DNA of 64,000 nucleotides from Selenomonadaceae bacterium (GTDB lineage Bacteria; Bacillota; Negativicutes; Selenomonadales; Selenomonadaceae): NCBI GenBank assembly GCA_017470715.1, contig JAFUYE010000119.1, positions 7,024 to 71,023 of the forward strand, read 5' to 3'. Shown piece by piece: positions 62,373 to 64,000 of this stretch (position 1 is its first letter; each line of letters starts with the position of its first letter). The notes under the pieces were generated by a model. It saw only the letters and a program-made list of their open reading frames with translations, ran no database searches and was not told where the DNA came from. The position numbers and the translations under genes were made by a program.

Positions 62373-62462
62373 TATGGAAAAAAATTCGCTCGTCATGGGC
62401 GGTTAATGAATCGTCGTTCGATTGTTCGGGCGGCGATTTTGAGTTTCAAGGAGGTTTATAGA

Positions 62463-63692
62463 TTGGCGAAGGTCAACGAAAATTATTTAAAGCTCCCAGG
62501 CAGCTATCTGTTTTCGGAAGTCGGTAAACGTGCCGCGAAGTTCCAAAGCGAAAATCCCGACGCGAAAATTATTCGGCTCGGAATCGGTGACGTGACGCGT
62601 CCTCTGCCGCAAGTTTGTATCGACGCAATGAAACGTGCCGCCGACGAAATGGGTCACGTTGAAACTTTTCGCGGTTACGGTCCGGAACAAGGCTACGAAT
62701 TCTTGCGCGAAAAAATTGCGGATTATAATTACAAACGTCGCGGCTTGAACGTCAACGCGGACGAAATTTTTATCAGCGACGGATCGAAATGCGACTGCGG
62801 GAACATTCAAGAAATTTTTTCGCTCGACAGCCGAATTGCCATTGCTGACCCGGTTTATCCCGTTTATCTCGACACGAACGTTATGGCGGGACGCACGGGC
62901 ACTTTGCAAGCCGACGGACATTTTGCGGGCGTGACGTATCTGCCGTGCACAGCCGAAAATAATTTTTCGCCGAAGCCGCCTGCGGAAAAAGTTGATATGG
63001 TTTATCTTTGCTCGCCGAACAATCCGACGGGCACGACGCTCGACAAAACCGCGCTTGAAAGTTGGGTTGCTTACGCAAAAAAATTTGACGCGGTGATTTT
63101 GTTCGACGCCGCATATGCCGCGTACATTACCGAAGAAAATGTTCCGCGTTCGATTTACGAAATTGACGGGGCACGCGACGTGGCGATTGAGTTCCGCTCC
63201 TTCAGCAAGACGGCGGGATTCACGGGCACGCGTTGCGGTTATATCGTCATTCCCGAAAATTTGACGGGCTCGACTTCAACCGGCGAACGTGTTCCGTTGA
63301 AAAAACTTTGGTCACGCCGTCACACGACGAAATTCAACGGCACAAGTTACATTACTCAGCGCGGTGCGGAAGCGATTTACAGCGACGAAGGACAAGCGCA
63401 GGTTCGCGAATTGGTCAACTATTATTTGGAGAACGCCAAAATTATTCGCGAAAGTTTGAGCGCGGCGGGCTTGAAAACTTTCGGCGGTGTGAACGCTCCT
63501 TACATTTGGTTGAAGACGCCCGACGACATTCCGAACAGTTGGGATTTCTTCGATAAACTTTTGCACGAAAAAAATATCATCAGCACGCCCGGCGCGGGTT
63601 TCGGTCCCTGCGGCGAAGGTTACTTGCGATTGACTTCGTTCAACAGCCGTGAAAAAACGATTGAAGCTTGCGAACGCCTGAAAACTTTTTAA
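62463..63692 (+). CDS. dapL: LL-diaminopimelate aminotransferase
   Basis: TTG 62463 after an AAGGAGG SD gives (M)[19 protein letters not shown]..., the characteristic DapL N-terminus. [13 protein letters not shown]-lysine motif. Confidence 0.85.
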   Translation: MAKVNENYLKLPGSYLFSEVGKRAAKFQSENPDAKIIRLGIGDVTRPLPQVCIDAMKRAADEMGHVETFRGYGPEQGYEFLREKIADYNYKRRGLNVNADEIFISDGSKCDCGNIQEIFSLDSRIAIADPVYPVYLDTNVMAGRTGTLQADGHFAGVTYLPCTAENNFSPKPPAEKVDMVYLCSPNNPTGTTLDKTALESWVAYAKKFDAVILFDAAYAAYITEENVPRSIYEIDGARDVAIEFRSFSKTAGFTGTRCGYIVIPENLTGSTSTGERVPLKKLWSRRHTTKFNGTSYITQRGAEAIYSDEGQAQVRELVNYYLENAKIIRESLSAAGLKTFGGVNAPYIWLKTPDDIPNSWDFFDKLLHEKNIISTPGAGFGPCGEGYLRLTSFNSREKTIEACERLKTF

Positions 63693-63828
63693 GCGGCAAC
63701 TTCGATTGAGTTTGTCTAATCCGGAATATCGCGCCCGACCAATTTATCAACAACTCCTAAATCACGTGACAAACGCGGGCAAGCGTCAATTCGTTACGAC
63801 CAAATTTCGACAACATTTATCGCAAACA

Positions 63829-63863
63829 AAAATCCCCGTTCAAACGAGCGGGGAAAATTTTTT
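63829..63863. terminator. bidirectional terminator
   Basis: TCCCCG...CGGGGA hairpin flanked by an A-run and a T-run, between convergent genes. Confidence 0.55.
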
Positions 63864-63878
63864 ATCCGTGACGGAAAA

Positions 63879-64000
63879 TTATTTGCCTTTGATGTCCGAA
63901 GCGCAATGCGGGCATTTAACCGCGTCGTCAGCAACAGTTTCTTTGCAGAACGGGCATTTACGCGGATCCGGTGCCGGCGGCGGCGGTGCAGGCATGAAAC
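63879..64000 (-). CDS. small zinc-ribbon protein (possibly N-terminally incomplete at the window edge)
   Basis: Hand translation gives ...MPAPPPPAPDPRKCPFCKETVADDAVKCPHCASDIKGK*. Two CxxC pairs. The frame is still open at position 64000. Confidence 0.4.
   Translation of the reverse strand, partial: FMPAPPPPAPDPRKCPFCKETVADDAVKCPHCASDIKGK

Noticed and set aside
62373-62462. A lysine riboswitch or T-box upstream of dapL; a T-box upstream of hisS; a glycine riboswitch upstream of the AGCS symporter.
   Set aside because: The leaders are far too short (about 90 nt, 6 nt and ~30 nt respectively) to hold these elements.

Overview
A 64-kb stretch of bacterial chromosome with moderate GC. Genes have strong GGAGG-type Shine-Dalgarno sites, many TTG/GTG starts, and mostly TGA stops among those I checked. 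TAG also works as a stop here. Most genes are on the minus strand and are housekeeping: rtcB, corA, dnaE, hisS, a fur-family/hemZ-like/PARG-like/aldolase/phzF run, recO, rpmG-secE-nusG-rplKAJL preceded by a tRNA-fMet/Thr/Met cluster, pssA-psd, glmS, rpsT, putP, nagA, rsmB, an RNase E/G homologue and dapL. Accessory content: (1) a four-gene plus-strand cassette at 19936-25127, next to tRNA-Ala. It encodes an HTH/acidic/PIN-like protein, a PIN-like/Ser-Thr-kinase/multi-zinc-ribbon protein, a vWA protein and a PP2C-like phosphatase. This is a decorated TerY-P-type triad, and its first gene carries an in-frame TAG. (2) A DpnII-like (GATC) R-M pair plus an unknown third gene, wedged directly behind glmS. 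(3) A 1418-aa RTX-type giant protein bracketed by inverted copies of a ~200-nt structured repeat. (4) Two class-A beta-lactamase-like paralogues flanking three tandem small secreted paralogues. The non-coding DNA is unusually structured. It holds heptanucleotide tandem arrays in at least ten intergenic gaps, a GATC-dense 24-mer/8-mer array, and a TTTTAAAA-centred palindromic element (7 copies) usually flanked by 17-65-bp duplications of the target. It also holds a three-copy structured repeat with compensatory substitutions in its stems. No rRNA, CRISPR array, transposase or integrase was seen. Many long ORFs in the track are antisense shadows of real genes and are not called. All family assignments rest on motif recognition by eye; no searches were run.
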